Shown: positions 35,643 through 44,959 of the stretch, in pieces
Position numbering within the stretch: the stretch's first letter is position 1
Layout: every line of letters begins with the position of its first letter
Notes under the pieces: generated by a model
What the model was told of the DNA's origin: nothing
The model's database searches: none
The model's input: the letters and a program-made list of their open reading frames with translations, nothing else
Assembly: GCA_040753215.1 (NCBI GenBank)
Contig: JBFMEZ010000029.1
Location: 29,394 to 93,393 of the forward strand
DNA from: Candidatus Micrarchaeota archaeon
GTDB taxonomy: Archaea > Micrarchaeota > Micrarchaeia > Anstonellales > Bilamarchaeaceae
Direction of reading: 5' to 3'
DNA length: 64,000 bases
Position numbers and translations under genes: made by a program

Positions 35643-36970
35643 ACATAGAATCACATGCAAAACCTAGATACTTATACCACGGAAGCCCCCATGAAATCGA
35701 AGGCGATAAACTTTTTCCCGGGCAGGCCCGCTCCCTAGGCAACAATCCTGAAAACCTGCATTTCGGCGTTTATGCCACAGACATAAAAGATGCCGCCATC
35801 ACAATGGCGATAATCCGCTGCAGGGGCGTAGGCTCTTCCTGGTGCTCTTTTGGCGGCAAGCCCCCCTACGGCATAATTATAGAAGGTTGGCCCCAACAGG
35901 AATATTTCTACCTCTATACGCTCCCCTCAGCTACATTCGAAAAAACACACGAAAGAGGGGGGCAATGGGTCTCCCACGAACTAGTTAAACCCCTGAAGGT
36001 AGAGAAGCTCAGCGTTTCAGATTATCTTCATTTAGTCAGAAAAGCCACAGAAGAAGAGAAAAAAGACTGGTTCGAAAGATTCGGAAAGAAAATAAAAGAA
36101 GAGAGATCCAAACTCATAGAATCCCTCCTCAACAATTCCGTAGTCATAATTGACAAGCCCTGCGGCCCCACCTCCCACGAAGTCTCATCTTGGGTTCGGA
36201 AGCTCGCAGGCCTTAAGCGCACCGGCCACGCAGGCACCCTGGACCCCAATGTTTCCGGCGTCCTCCCAGTTGCCCTCGGCCGCGCCACCAAATTGCTCCA
36301 ATACATCGCCGGAAAGCGCAAATCCTACGTATGCATCGTCCGCTTCAAGAACGACCTCACAGATGCCCAGCTTGAATCCCTCTTTTCCAAATTCCGCGGC
36401 GAAATCACCCAAACCCCGCCCAAAATCTCCGCAGTGCGCAAAATCCCCCGCAAGCGCTTCGTCTACGAGCTCCGCGTCCTTGAAAGGGAAGGCAAAAAAG
36501 TCCTCTTCTACGCAGATGTGGACGCAGGCACCTATATCCGCACCCTCTGCTCTGACATGGGCAAGTTCACAGGAGGTTCCAGGATGGAGGAGCTGCGCCG
36601 CGTCGCTGTCGGCAACATTTCCGAAAAGGATGCAGTCACCCTCCAGGATTTCTCCGATGCCCTATACGCATACAGGGAGAGGAAAAACCCCTCCCTACTC
36701 CTTAGGATTCTCCACCCTCCCGAAGAGCTCATAGATGCGAAAAAGGTGTCCATCCGCCCCTCTGCAGCCGAAGCCCTCATGCACGGCGCCCAGCTCACCG
36801 CACCCGGGGTCGAATCCCTGGACGATTCCATCAGGAAGGAAGAAATAGTCAAAATCTACTGCGGAGACCGCTTCATCGGCATGGGAAAGACCATCTTTCC
36901 CGCCCGCAAGATAAAGGAAAGGACGCATGGATACGTAGTGAATATAGAGAGGATACACGCTACAGAATAA
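35639..36970 (+). CDS. cbf5: tRNA/rRNA pseudouridine synthase Cbf5 (H/ACA RNP) with ~100-130-aa non-canonical N-terminal extension
   Basis: VIIDKPCGPTSHEV..GHAGTLDPNVSGVLPVALGRATK TruB core and C-terminal PUA; no internal Met between extension and core. Confidence 0.8.
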   Translation: MNIESHAKPRYLYHGSPHEIEGDKLFPGQARSLGNNPENLHFGVYATDIKDAAITMAIIRCRGVGSSWCSFGGKPPYGIIIEGWPQQEYFYLYTLPSATFEKTHERGGQWVSHELVKPLKVEKLSVSDYLHLVRKATEEEKKDWFERFGKKIKEERSKLIESLLNNSVVIIDKPCGPTSHEVSSWVRKLAGLKRTGHAGTLDPNVSGVLPVALGRATKLLQYIAGKRKSYVCIVRFKNDLTDAQLESLFSKFRGEITQTPPKISAVRKIPRKRFVYELRVLEREGKKVLFYADVDAGTYIRTLCSDMGKFTGGSRMEELRRVAVGNISEKDAVTLQDFSDALYAYRERKNPSLLLRILHPPEELIDAKKVSIRPSAAEALMHGAQLTAPGVESLDDSIRKEEIVKIYCGDRFIGMGKTIFPARKIKERTHGYVVNIERIHATE

Positions 36971-36976
36971 GAAGAA

Positions 36977-37059
36977 CGCGAAGGGGGAGATTTGAACTCC
37001 CAATCCCTTGCGGGACATGCTTTCCAGGCATGCGCACTACCGGGTTATGCGACCTCCGC
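36977..37059 (-). tRNA. tRNA-Ser (anticodon GGA), type II with long variable arm, no encoded CCA
   Basis: Manual fold: acceptor GCGGAGG/CCTTCGC (one G-U), D-stem GCAT/GTGC, anticodon stem CATGC/GCATG loop CTGGAAA, variable arm TCCCGCAAGGGATT, T-arm GGGAG-TTCAAAT-CTCCC, discriminator G. Confidence 0.8.
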
Positions 37060-37420
37060 TCTCCTTTTTGCCATCGTGAACCTCGGCCTCTGCATCGCTG
37101 CGGCGATGTCTGGCGAAGTTCTGCGGAACTTCACCATCGCTCGGTGCAAAAAGGAGTCCAAAAACCCCAAGCACCTTCACGCTGGCGGCGAAACCGGAGC
37201 CCAAAAACCCCAGACAAAAGGGATTACTATAACGCTGCGTTTCCCTTTTATTCTTTTGCCCGTTAATTCGCGTTTTTTTCTCCCGTTTCTTCCCTCTTCC
37301 CCCGCCCAACACCCTTTTTAAGCATTTCTACGGAATATTCTCTCTACGCGTGTTCTTGCGTTCAGAGAATATGAGCCTTAACCCATTTCCTCTCGCGCGA
37401 GCCACGCATTTGGTGATTAT

Positions 37421-38146
37421 TTGGGAAGTAAAAAGAAAATACAGAAAAAGGCCCCGGAGGAGGAAAAGTCCGCCGAGGTAAAGGTGGAAGAGAAGAAGAA
37501 AGCCAAGCCCGCCCCGAGGAAGGAGGAGGCGCTCGAGCCCGGGCTCCGCGGCATCGTCCGCGTAGCGGGCAAGGATATGCGCGGCAATCTCAAGCTTTCA
37601 AGGGGGCTTATGCGCGTGCGCGGCTTCGGCCACACGATGAAGAACGTCGCAGCGAACGCCATAGCGGAGGAGCTCGGCATATCCCCCACCGAGAAGGTCG
37701 GGAAGCTCTCCGATGAGCAGATAGAGCGCATAGACAAGCTGCTCACCACCCTGCACACAAAGAACGTCCCGCCCTACCTCCTGAACAGGAGGAAGGACCC
37801 GGACACAGGCAAGGACGTCCACGTAATAATGAACGACCTCGCGTTCACGCAGCGCCAGGACATAGAGCGCGAGAAGAAGCTCTACACCTGGAGGGGGTAT
37901 AGGCACGCTTACGGAAAGAAGGTGCGTGGCCAGAGGACACGCAACACCGGAAGGAAGGGGATGGCCCTGGGAGTGATGAGGAAGACCATCCTCGCGGCAG
38001 CAGCCGCAGCCAAGGCGGGCGCAGCGGGCAAGCCCGGAGCGCCGGGGGCACCGGCCGCAGGTGCGCCCGCAGCTGGTGCGCCGGCCGGTGCGGCAGCTGC
38101 GCCAAAGGCAGCGCCGGCACCAGCCGCAAAAGAGGCCAAGAAATAG
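37421..38146 (+). CDS. rps13: ribosomal protein uS13 with KE-rich N-terminal and Ala/Gly/Pro-rich C-terminal extensions (TTG start)
   Basis: ..IVRVAGKDMRGNLKLSRGLMRVRGFG.. core; tail AAAAAKAGAAGKPGAPGAPAAGAPAAGAPAGAAAAPKAAPAPAAKEAKK. Confidence 0.8.
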   Translation: MGSKKKIQKKAPEEEKSAEVKVEEKKKAKPAPRKEEALEPGLRGIVRVAGKDMRGNLKLSRGLMRVRGFGHTMKNVAANAIAEELGISPTEKVGKLSDEQIERIDKLLTTLHTKNVPPYLLNRRKDPDTGKDVHVIMNDLAFTQRQDIEREKKLYTWRGYRHAYGKKVRGQRTRNTGRKGMALGVMRKTILAAAAAAKAGAAGKPGAPGAPAAGAPAAGAPAGAAAAPKAAPAPAAKEAKK

Positions 38147-38155
38147 GGTGTATGA

Positions 38156-38713
38156 ATGGGAGACCCAAGGAAATTCTCAAACAAGTACGAAAAGCCCAAG
38201 CGGCTTTGGGACGTCAGCAGGCTCAAGGAGGAGAAGGGCCTGAAGGGCGCCTACGGCCTCAAGAACATGAAGGAGCTCTGGGTGATGGGCAAGGAGCTCA
38301 AGAAGGCGAGGCGTGACGCCCGCCGCCTGCTCTCCCTTTCCGAGGAAGAGCGCAGGAAGGACATGCCCAAGCTCATGGGCAAGCTCCACAAGCTGGGGAT
38401 TCTTCCCCGGGACGCAAAGGTCGAGGATGTGCTGTCCCTTTCCGTGAAGGATGTCCTTGAGAGGAGGCTGCAGACCCGCGTGGTCCGCAAGGGGCTCGCA
38501 AAGACGATGGCGCAGGCGCGCCAGCTCATAACCCACGGTTTCATTGCAATCTCCGGGAGGAAAGTCTCCTCGCCCAGCTACCTCGTTTCCCATGATGAGG
38601 AGGCCGGCGTATCATATTCAAGGCCAATAGAGCTTGAGCCGGCCGCACCGGTCGAAACCGCAGAAGAAAAGGCCGGGGAGAAAGAGGAGGAGAAGCCAGC
38701 CGAGGCCGCCTAA
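38156..38713 (+). CDS. rps4: ribosomal protein uS4
   Basis: 185 aa. Confidence 0.85.
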   Translation: MGDPRKFSNKYEKPKRLWDVSRLKEEKGLKGAYGLKNMKELWVMGKELKKARRDARRLLSLSEEERRKDMPKLMGKLHKLGILPRDAKVEDVLSLSVKDVLERRLQTRVVRKGLAKTMAQARQLITHGFIAISGRKVSSPSYLVSHDEEAGVSYSRPIELEPAAPVETAEEKAGEKEEEKPAEAA

Positions 38714-38724
38714 GGTGTAATCCT

Positions 38725-39264
38725 ATGCCAGAAGAAAAAGAGAAAATAAAGGAGGAAGCCCCCAAAGAGGAGGCAAAGCCCGCCGAAAAGAAGCACGAGC
38801 CGGAACCGGGAACCGTAAGCGTGAAACCGGAAACCGGAAAAGCCCCTCCTGCGGAAGCGGAGAAGCCGAAGGAGAGGAAGCGCGGCAGGCTCGCGGTGGT
38901 GCACGTCTATTCTTCCAAGAACGACACGATAATAACCGCCACAGATGTAAGCGGAGCGGAAACCCTCGCATGGTCAAGCGGCGGCATGATGGTCAAGTCT
39001 TCCCGTGAGGAAGGCAAGCCCTACGCTGCGATGCAGGCAGCCGCCAAGCTGGTAAACCAGCTCAAGGACAAGGGCATAGATACAGTCCACATAAAAATCC
39101 GCGCGCCCGGCGGAAACGGCTCCAAGACTCCCGGAGGCGGCGCCCAGGCAGTCGTCCGTACAATCGCGAGGATGAAGATGCGCGTAGGGAGGATTGAGGA
39201 CGTGACCCCGCTGCCCACCGACTCCATGAAGAGGGCGGGCGGAAGGAGGGGCAGGAGGGTGTGA
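38725..39264 (+). CDS. rps11: ribosomal protein uS11 with KE/P-rich N-terminal extension
   Basis: 179 aa. Confidence 0.85.
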   Translation: MPEEKEKIKEEAPKEEAKPAEKKHEPEPGTVSVKPETGKAPPAEAEKPKERKRGRLAVVHVYSSKNDTIITATDVSGAETLAWSSGGMMVKSSREEGKPYAAMQAAAKLVNQLKDKGIDTVHIKIRAPGGNGSKTPGGGAQAVVRTIARMKMRVGRIEDVTPLPTDSMKRAGGRRGRRV

Positions 39265-39947
39265 GCATGGAACTCGAAGCCATCACCGAAACCGGAAACC
39301 GCCTCTCTTTCAGGGCAAAGGGCATGCCCCTGGTGCTTGCCAACGCTATAAGGCGCTATTCCATAAACCACGTTCCCGTGATGGCGATAGACAAGGTAAC
39401 GATGTACGAGAACTCATCGCCCATCTTCGACGAATACATCGCGCACCGCATAGGCATGCTGCCCATAAAGACCCCGAAGAGCCTTCCCGCCTCCGCGGAG
39501 GTCTCCTTCGTCCTTGACGTGCAGGGCCCTAAGGTCGTTTATGCAGAGGAGCTCAAGAGCAGCGACGCCGGCATAGTCGTCGCCGAGCCCCGCATCCCCA
39601 TCGTAACCCTCACCGAGAGCCAGTCCATCCGCCTGGAGGGAAAGGCCGTTCTGGGAATCGGCAGAAAGCACGCAAAATTCCAGGCGGGCATCGCCTCCTA
39701 CGATGAGCAGGAGGACGGCACGCTGCTTATGAAAGCGGAAAGCTTCCTCAACATGGGCCCCAAAGACATGCTCGTCCGCGGCTGCAAGGCCCTGGAGGAA
39801 GACCTTGAAGAGCTATCCGATGAGCTGGGCGCCCTCTCCGGCAAGAAGAAAAAGGCAAAGAAGAAGGGAGAGGAAGCGCCAGAAGAGAAAAAGCCGAAGA
39901 AGCCCAGGGCGAAGAAGGCCAAGAAGGAAGAGAAGACCGAGGAATGA
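39261..39947 (+). CDS. rpoD: DNA-directed RNA polymerase subunit D (Rpo3) with Lys-rich C-terminal tail
   Basis: 228 aa; conserved position after S11. Confidence 0.8.
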   Translation: MSMELEAITETGNRLSFRAKGMPLVLANAIRRYSINHVPVMAIDKVTMYENSSPIFDEYIAHRIGMLPIKTPKSLPASAEVSFVLDVQGPKVVYAEELKSSDAGIVVAEPRIPIVTLTESQSIRLEGKAVLGIGRKHAKFQAGIASYDEQEDGTLLMKAESFLNMGPKDMLVRGCKALEEDLEELSDELGALSGKKKKAKKKGEEAPEEKKPKKPRAKKAKKEEKTEE

Positions 39948-40897
39948 CCTCTTCCGAATTCACTCCCGAAGTCCGCAAGCAACTCCTGAATAAGCAATAT
40001 GGATTGGCCGGAAGGCACTCCGCGGTGCAAATCTGTTCCTGGACAAAGAAATCCCTTAGAGGAAAGGGCTCTTGTTATAAGCAAAAATTCTACGGAGTGG
40101 AAACCTACAAATGCTGCCAGATGAGCCCCTCCGCCGCATGGTGCCAGCAATCCTGCGTCTTCTGCTGGAGGCCGATGGAGTGGATGAAGAAATCCTTTTC
40201 TTTGAAGGAGGAAGCCGATTCCCCCGAGCAAATAATAGAATCCTGCCTCGCCTCCCGCAAGAAGCTTCTCTCCGGGGTTGGCGGCGCCGCAGATGTCGAC
40301 CGCCCCCTTTTCCAGAAATCCTTTTCCGAATTCCCTTCCCATTGGGCTATTTCCTTATCTGGCGAGCCCACCCTTTACCCAAAACTCCCCGAATTGGTAA
40401 AAGCAATCCGCGCACATAAAGAAACCAAAACCATTTTCGTAGTCTCCAACGGCCAGGAGCCCTCCATGATTAAGAAATTGAAAGGAACGGGCCTCACCAA
40501 CCTCTACATCTCCGTTGATGCCCCCACCTCCGCCCTATTTAGGAAAATAAACCGCTCCATCTACCCAAATGGCTGGAGCCGCCTAAAGCGCTCCCTCTCC
40601 CTTCTCCGCACAATGGACTGCAACACAGTAATCCGCTTCACAGTAATAAAGGGAATAAACGACCTTCCCCCCATGCTTCCAAAATACGCAAAGCTCTTCT
40701 CATCCGCCTCTCCCACTTATATAGAAGTAAAAGCCTACATGTTCCTCGGCTACTCCCGCCTCCGCTTAAAGGAAGAAAACATGCCTTCCCACGAATACAT
40801 AAAGGAATTTTCTTCCCAGCTTCTGAAGTTCCTCCCTTCTTATAAACTCAGGGATGAGTGCGCTGATTCGAGGATAATTCTTCTAAAGAGTAAATAG
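39944..40897 (+). CDS. taw1: tRNA 4-demethylwyosine synthase Taw1/TYW1 (radical SAM)
   Basis: 317 aa; auxiliary Cys cluster + CQQSCVFC (Cx3Cx2C). Confidence 0.7.
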   Translation: MTSSEFTPEVRKQLLNKQYGLAGRHSAVQICSWTKKSLRGKGSCYKQKFYGVETYKCCQMSPSAAWCQQSCVFCWRPMEWMKKSFSLKEEADSPEQIIESCLASRKKLLSGVGGAADVDRPLFQKSFSEFPSHWAISLSGEPTLYPKLPELVKAIRAHKETKTIFVVSNGQEPSMIKKLKGTGLTNLYISVDAPTSALFRKINRSIYPNGWSRLKRSLSLLRTMDCNTVIRFTVIKGINDLPPMLPKYAKLFSSASPTYIEVKAYMFLGYSRLRLKEENMPSHEYIKEFSSQLLKFLPSYKLRDECADSRIILLKSK

Positions 40898-40914
40898 AAA
40901 AGAAATAGAGCCCA

Positions 40915-41370
40915 CTATTCCATGCTATTTTCCATCAGTATAATAGGTGGCCTCGCAGGGATATCAGTTAAGTTATAATCGCAAGGTGCCATATTTATCA
41001 TCTTTAGCATCGGGTCCGTACAGAACAGCGCCTCGATTGTCTCATTCCTCGCATCCCTTGGCATCTCAGGCAGCATTCTCAGGATCTCTCTCCTCAGGTC
41101 AATCTCAAGCCTAATCCCTTCCATTAGCAATTCCCTCTCTTCCTGCGGAGTCATCTTCGGCTTCTCCATCACAAGCGTAACCTTTTCTCCGTCAGCAGTA
41201 GTAAATTCGGTAGGCATCCCGCGTGCGAGAGACCTCGCCTCTTCCATGCCGCTGCGCCTCGCCCTGCCCGGCACGCGCTCAAGCAACTTTCCCTGAAGAT
41301 TCGGGCCGCCCGTCCTTCTCTCAGCCTTGGCTCCCTCTTCCCCTCCAGTCAATTTAGTAGTGTCTACCAT
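40915..41370 (-). CDS. hypothetical protein
   Basis: 151-aa ORF. Confidence 0.35.
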   Translation of the reverse strand: MVDTTKLTGGEEGAKAERRTGGPNLQGKLLERVPGRARRSGMEEARSLARGMPTEFTTADGEKVTLVMEKPKMTPQEERELLMEGIRLEIDLRREILRMLPEMPRDARNETIEALFCTDPMLKMINMAPCDYNLTDIPARPPIILMENSME

Positions 41371-41440
41371 GTGTATATAGTGTTAGGAAATGTATGCAGC
41401 AGCCCAAATCAAAATAATAAAAAAAGAAAGGCGGAGGCCA

Positions 41441-41905
41441 TCACTCCGCAATTTCCACTTCCAAAGGCACTTCTTCCGGAAGAGGCACCCCCTCAAACGG
41501 AGGCTTTTCTCCCAGCGGAGGCTTCTTCCCGTGCTTCCACTTCTTAAAGTGCTCCTTCGCCCCGGGCTGTGGCAGTATCTCCTGTAGCCTCTCCTTCACA
41601 AGCTCCCTGAGCTCATCCTTGAGCTGCACCGCCTTCACCCAGTCCCCGTCCTTCATGGCCTGGAAGATTTCCGCGTGCAGCCCGAATATCTCCGGAGTCG
41701 CAATCTTCATCATCTTCCCGCCAATCCCGTACTCCTCGTTCAGCGCCTTCGCCGTCTCATAATCCCCGGTGTGCACCGCTTCCATCCACTGCGCCCTTAT
41801 CTCTATGGGCAGCTCCTTCTTCTCCACTGTTTCCGCATCCGCCGCGAACCCCATCCCCAAAAGGAGGAGCATCGCAAGGACGCCAGCTTTCATTTTTCCT
41901 TCCAT
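41441..41905 (-). CDS. hypothetical secreted protein
   Basis: N-terminal signal peptide MKAGVLAMLLLLGMGFAADA; charged helical remainder. Confidence 0.45.
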   Translation of the reverse strand: MEGKMKAGVLAMLLLLGMGFAADAETVEKKELPIEIRAQWMEAVHTGDYETAKALNEEYGIGGKMMKIATPEIFGLHAEIFQAMKDGDWVKAVQLKDELRELVKERLQEILPQPGAKEHFKKWKHGKKPPLGEKPPFEGVPLPEEVPLEVEIAE

Positions 41906-41985
41906 TCAAATCACCTGAAGGAAGAAATTTTCCGGCTTATAAATAGATTCCCCGAACTAAGCCCCAAATTGCCCCGCAATTCCCC

Positions 41986-42417
41986 CTATTTCGAGCTCAC
42001 CCAAGCAAGAATCGCGAGCGAAACCATCGCAAAGAACAGCGGAATCATCTGGAACAGCCCTCCCTTCCCATACACGCCCAAAAAGTGCTGCAGGAGAGGA
42101 TTCGATGTAATCGCAAACAGCATGAACGCCACGACCGCAGAGAGCACCCCCAAGGTAAACCCGCTCTTCAATTCCACATAATCCTTCACATAAGTATATA
42201 CAAGATAAACCGCCAGCACCAGCATTATCGAAGACATCGCAGTGACCAGGAAGAACCCGCTCTGCATGAACTCCTTCTTGTCCTCCAGCCCCCTGAACGG
42301 CATGAGCATGTCCGCAAAAATGAATATCGCAACCGAGAAGAACGCTATCAATACAGTGGCAATGGCCGCCTTCACATTCGAGTTATTTCTTCCTTCTTCC
42401 TTTTCCATCGTCCTCAC
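41986..42417 (-). CDS. small 4-TM membrane protein
   Basis: 143 aa; overlaps upstream HTH gene (operon). Confidence 0.45.
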   Translation of the reverse strand: MRTMEKEEGRNNSNVKAAIATVLIAFFSVAIFIFADMLMPFRGLEDKKEFMQSGFFLVTAMSSIMLVLAVYLVYTYVKDYVELKSGFTLGVLSAVVAFMLFAITSNPLLQHFLGVYGKGGLFQMIPLFFAMVSLAILAWVSSK

Positions 42418-42685
42418 CCAAAACCTTCCTCAAAAACTCATTCCCGTCCCACTCCGGGCTGATGAAATACACGGACCCGTACCCCTGCTTGGGGGTATAG
42501 ATTATCTCGTTCTCCACCAGCAGCTCCACGTGCGCCTGCACGCTCTTGTAGTCCATCCCCAGCTCCTGCGCCAGTTTCCTCGTGTTCATCGGGGTGCTGC
42601 CCAGCACCTTCAGTATCCTCACGCGCGTCGGCCCCCCCTTTGATGCGTTGAGCAGCCAGTAGAGCAGCCTCGTCTTCGAGTCCAT
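42383..42685 (-). CDS. winged-helix transcriptional regulator (ArsR/PadR-like)
   Basis: 100 aa; ..TRKLAQELGMDYKSVQAHVELLVENEII.. Confidence 0.55.
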   Translation of the reverse strand: MDSKTRLLYWLLNASKGGPTRVRILKVLGSTPMNTRKLAQELGMDYKSVQAHVELLVENEIIYTPKQGYGSVYFISPEWDGNEFLRKVLGEDDGKGRRKK

Positions 42686-42688
42686 CTA

Positions 42689-42807
42689 TGAACCTCCACG
42701 GGTGCGCGGAAGCCAGGCGATTGGCCATTGATGAGCGCACCCCACAGTGTGGCTTCCGCCTAAAGCCTTAAAAGCCGGAAGCCATGGCTTTAGCCCGTGG
42801 AGGTTCA
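42689..42807. repeat. 119-bp MITE-like palindromic element with 14-bp perfect terminal inverted repeats (TGAACCTCCACGGG / CCCGTGGAGGTTCA) and internal palindromes
   Basis: Begins 4 nt upstream of the regulator start codon; internal GGAAGCCA/TGGCTTCC and AAGCCATGGCTT palindromes. Confidence 0.55.
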
Positions 42808-42885
42808 CATCCCACCTCCATTCGTATTTTTTAAAACCAGCGCAGGGGGCATAAATAGCTTCCCCCAAATTGCTCCCAATTCTCC

Positions 42886-43416
42886 CTAACGCCTTTTTCC
42901 AAACGCCTTCTTCACCTTCCCAACCAGCTCATTATATACCATCTCATGGTTCTCCACCGTAAGAGTAAACACTTCCCCGAACGGCCCGTACCTCTCCACA
43001 AAATCCCTGTGCAATGTCGCAACCAGAGGCGTCTTAGATTTCAATATCTCATCCAGCGCATCCGCAAACCCCGCGCTCTCCAGCTCCATCCTCCCAATCT
43101 CATCCACCACAATCACATCATACTCCCCGAACCTCTCCATCGCAGGGAGCGCAATACCCTCAAATGATTTCACGTCCACCCCGTACTTCCCGACCTTAGG
43201 CCCTCCGCCCCCGGCCACCGCAAGGGGAGCGGCCTTCCCGCTCTCCAAATCCTTCACATGGAACCCCTTCCTCGTCCCGTGCTCCTTCTCCTCCGGCGTA
43301 ATAAATCCCCCGACCCTCAGCCCCATCTTCCTGAGCTCCTCCACCACCCTCATAATTAAAGTGGTTTTCCCGCTCTTCGGCCTTCCTGTTACGAAAAAAT
43401 TCTGCGGCATATTCAT
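42886..43416 (-). CDS. nucleoside-triphosphatase THEP1-like (MJ1559 family)
   Basis: 176 aa; VTGRPKSGKTTL P-loop, VIVVDEIG Walker B. Confidence 0.7.
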   Translation of the reverse strand: MNMPQNFFVTGRPKSGKTTLIMRVVEELRKMGLRVGGFITPEEKEHGTRKGFHVKDLESGKAAPLAVAGGGGPKVGKYGVDVKSFEGIALPAMERFGEYDVIVVDEIGRMELESAGFADALDEILKSKTPLVATLHRDFVERYGPFGEVFTLTVENHEMVYNELVGKVKKAFGKRR

Positions 43417-44039
43417 CTCCTCTTTTTTCTTAGTTCTTTTCCGTATCTTGTAAGCATAGCTTCGAAATTTACAAAATCATATCCCTTTACCTTATTATTC
43501 ATCCAGTATTCCCTTGTATCCTTTATCCCCAGCTTCCTCATCGCCTTCCTCGCAAGCGGCCCCATCCCCGGGTCCGCCTTTTCCCAAATCCCCCTCAATT
43601 GCCTGAGGAATATGTTCGCAGTCACCGGCCCGACCCCCGGAAACTCCATCAATCTTCTCTCCAAATCCCTCGCATCTTTCGCTTCTGCGTGTAGCCTATT
43701 CAAGTCTCCTCCATACTTTCCCAGCATCTTCATAACCGCCAGCAGTTTATCCGCAGTACTAAAATCATACCTCACATATCCCCCCTCGTCCAGGGAGTGC
43801 ACAAAATCCTCCCAGCCCGCCTTCCTCGCCTTCCCAAATTCCAGCAGCCCATCCTTCCCAAACTGAAAATAAGTCCTCACCGCAATGTTCTCCCCAATCC
43901 TCTTCCCAAAAAGATAAGAAGCGATAAACCACCTGAACAGCTCCTCCTTCCCCGCCCCTTCCAGCCTAATCCCGAGCTGCTCCGAATACTTCTTCCCATA
44001 TTTTTCCAGGAGTTTCCGTAGCTCCTTCTTTGAGAGCAT
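43413..44039 (-). CDS. HhH-GPD superfamily DNA glycosylase (MagIII/Mpg-like)
   Basis: 208 aa; ..FPGVGPVTANIFL.. helix-hairpin-helix motif. Confidence 0.5.
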   Translation of the reverse strand: MLSKKELRKLLEKYGKKYSEQLGIRLEGAGKEELFRWFIASYLFGKRIGENIAVRTYFQFGKDGLLEFGKARKAGWEDFVHSLDEGGYVRYDFSTADKLLAVMKMLGKYGGDLNRLHAEAKDARDLERRLMEFPGVGPVTANIFLRQLRGIWEKADPGMGPLARKAMRKLGIKDTREYWMNNKVKGYDFVNFEAMLTRYGKELRKKRR

Positions 44040-44089
44040 AAAAGAACTAGAAATAATAATCTATTAATACCCAAGCAATATATGTCCTT

Positions 44090-44824
44090 ATGGCAGAAGA
44101 GAAAAAGCTCATACATCCCATCCATCCAGTTATTTTCGAAGTAGACATAAATCACCTCTGCTGGTTCGTTGATATTACGGAAAAAAACCCAGACGCCACC
44201 CTCGTCTCCACAATGTCCACGGTGCATGGCGACCTAATCACCAACATAGTCCAGCTCACTTCCCCCAATCCCAGGGAGGATATAGAGCGCATAAAGAAGC
44301 ACCCGCTCGTAAAGAAGGTGGAAATCCTTGCGCTCGCCCCAACCTCCGCCCTACTCTCTGTCACCTCCAGCTACAAGGCGATGACCTACAAGATTCTACA
44401 TCAAACTAACGTTAAGCTTCTGGAGTCCCCGGTCACAAGGGGCGGCCTGGACTCCGAAATCCTCCTCGCCCCTTCCCACAAGGACATGGCAGACCTCTTG
44501 GGCCTCTGGAAGGAGCAGAAGGGCTACGCAGAAGTGAAACTGAAGCGCAAGCGCTACCTCAAGCCGGAGGATGTCCGGTCTCTGAGCGTATTCCGCACCG
44601 CCGGCTTCTTCGACCTCCAGTCCGCAAAGGAGCTAATCACCCCCAAGCAGTTGGAGATATTCCAGCTCGCCTGCGACTACGGCTACTACGAAACACCCAA
44701 GAAAATAAGCATAGAAGAGCTCGCCCAGCGCACCGGGCTCTCCCCATCCACCCTCGCCGAGCATTTGCGCAAGGCCGAGGCAAAGCTCCTTCCCGTCTTC
44801 TGGAAAGTCCTCCGGAAGCTCTGA
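44090..44824 (+). CDS. transcription regulator with C-terminal HTH_10 (bacterio-opsin-activator-like) domain
   Basis: 244 aa; ..ISIEELAQRTGLSPSTLAEHLRKAEAKLL.. Confidence 0.55.
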   Translation: MAEEKKLIHPIHPVIFEVDINHLCWFVDITEKNPDATLVSTMSTVHGDLITNIVQLTSPNPREDIERIKKHPLVKKVEILALAPTSALLSVTSSYKAMTYKILHQTNVKLLESPVTRGGLDSEILLAPSHKDMADLLGLWKEQKGYAEVKLKRKRYLKPEDVRSLSVFRTAGFFDLQSAKELITPKQLEIFQLACDYGYYETPKKISIEELAQRTGLSPSTLAEHLRKAEAKLLPVFWKVLRKL

Positions 44825-44959
44825 ATGGGCGCCTATGCTTTTGCCATCTACTTACAGGGGTATAAGTAACTTATGGGGGTATAAGCAAATGCCTTCATAT
44901 TTATAAATGCTGGCAGTCTAATGCCAAGTTATTTAAATATTATGTGGCACTATAATGCC

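Noticed and set aside
36992-37321. ORFs 36695-37018 (-), 36992-37321 (+), 37030-37266 (+) and 37037-37312 (-) around the cbf5 3' end
   Set aside because: The region is occupied by a well-folding tRNA-Ser(GGA) at 36977-37059 and by the rps13 promoter region. The ORFs lack start context and family similarity.
37909-38226. Ala/Gly/Pro-rich ORFs on both strands at the rps13 3' end, considered as a possible separate low-complexity gene
   Set aside because: The segment is continuous with the uS13 frame with no stop or start signal, so it is better interpreted as a C-terminal tail of uS13.
42720-42740. Possible C/D-box sRNA (TGATGA at 42729-42734) in the palindromic intergenic element
   Set aside because: No matching D/D' boxes (CTGA) or terminal stem with the expected spacing on either strand. 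The palindromes are better explained as a MITE or operator.
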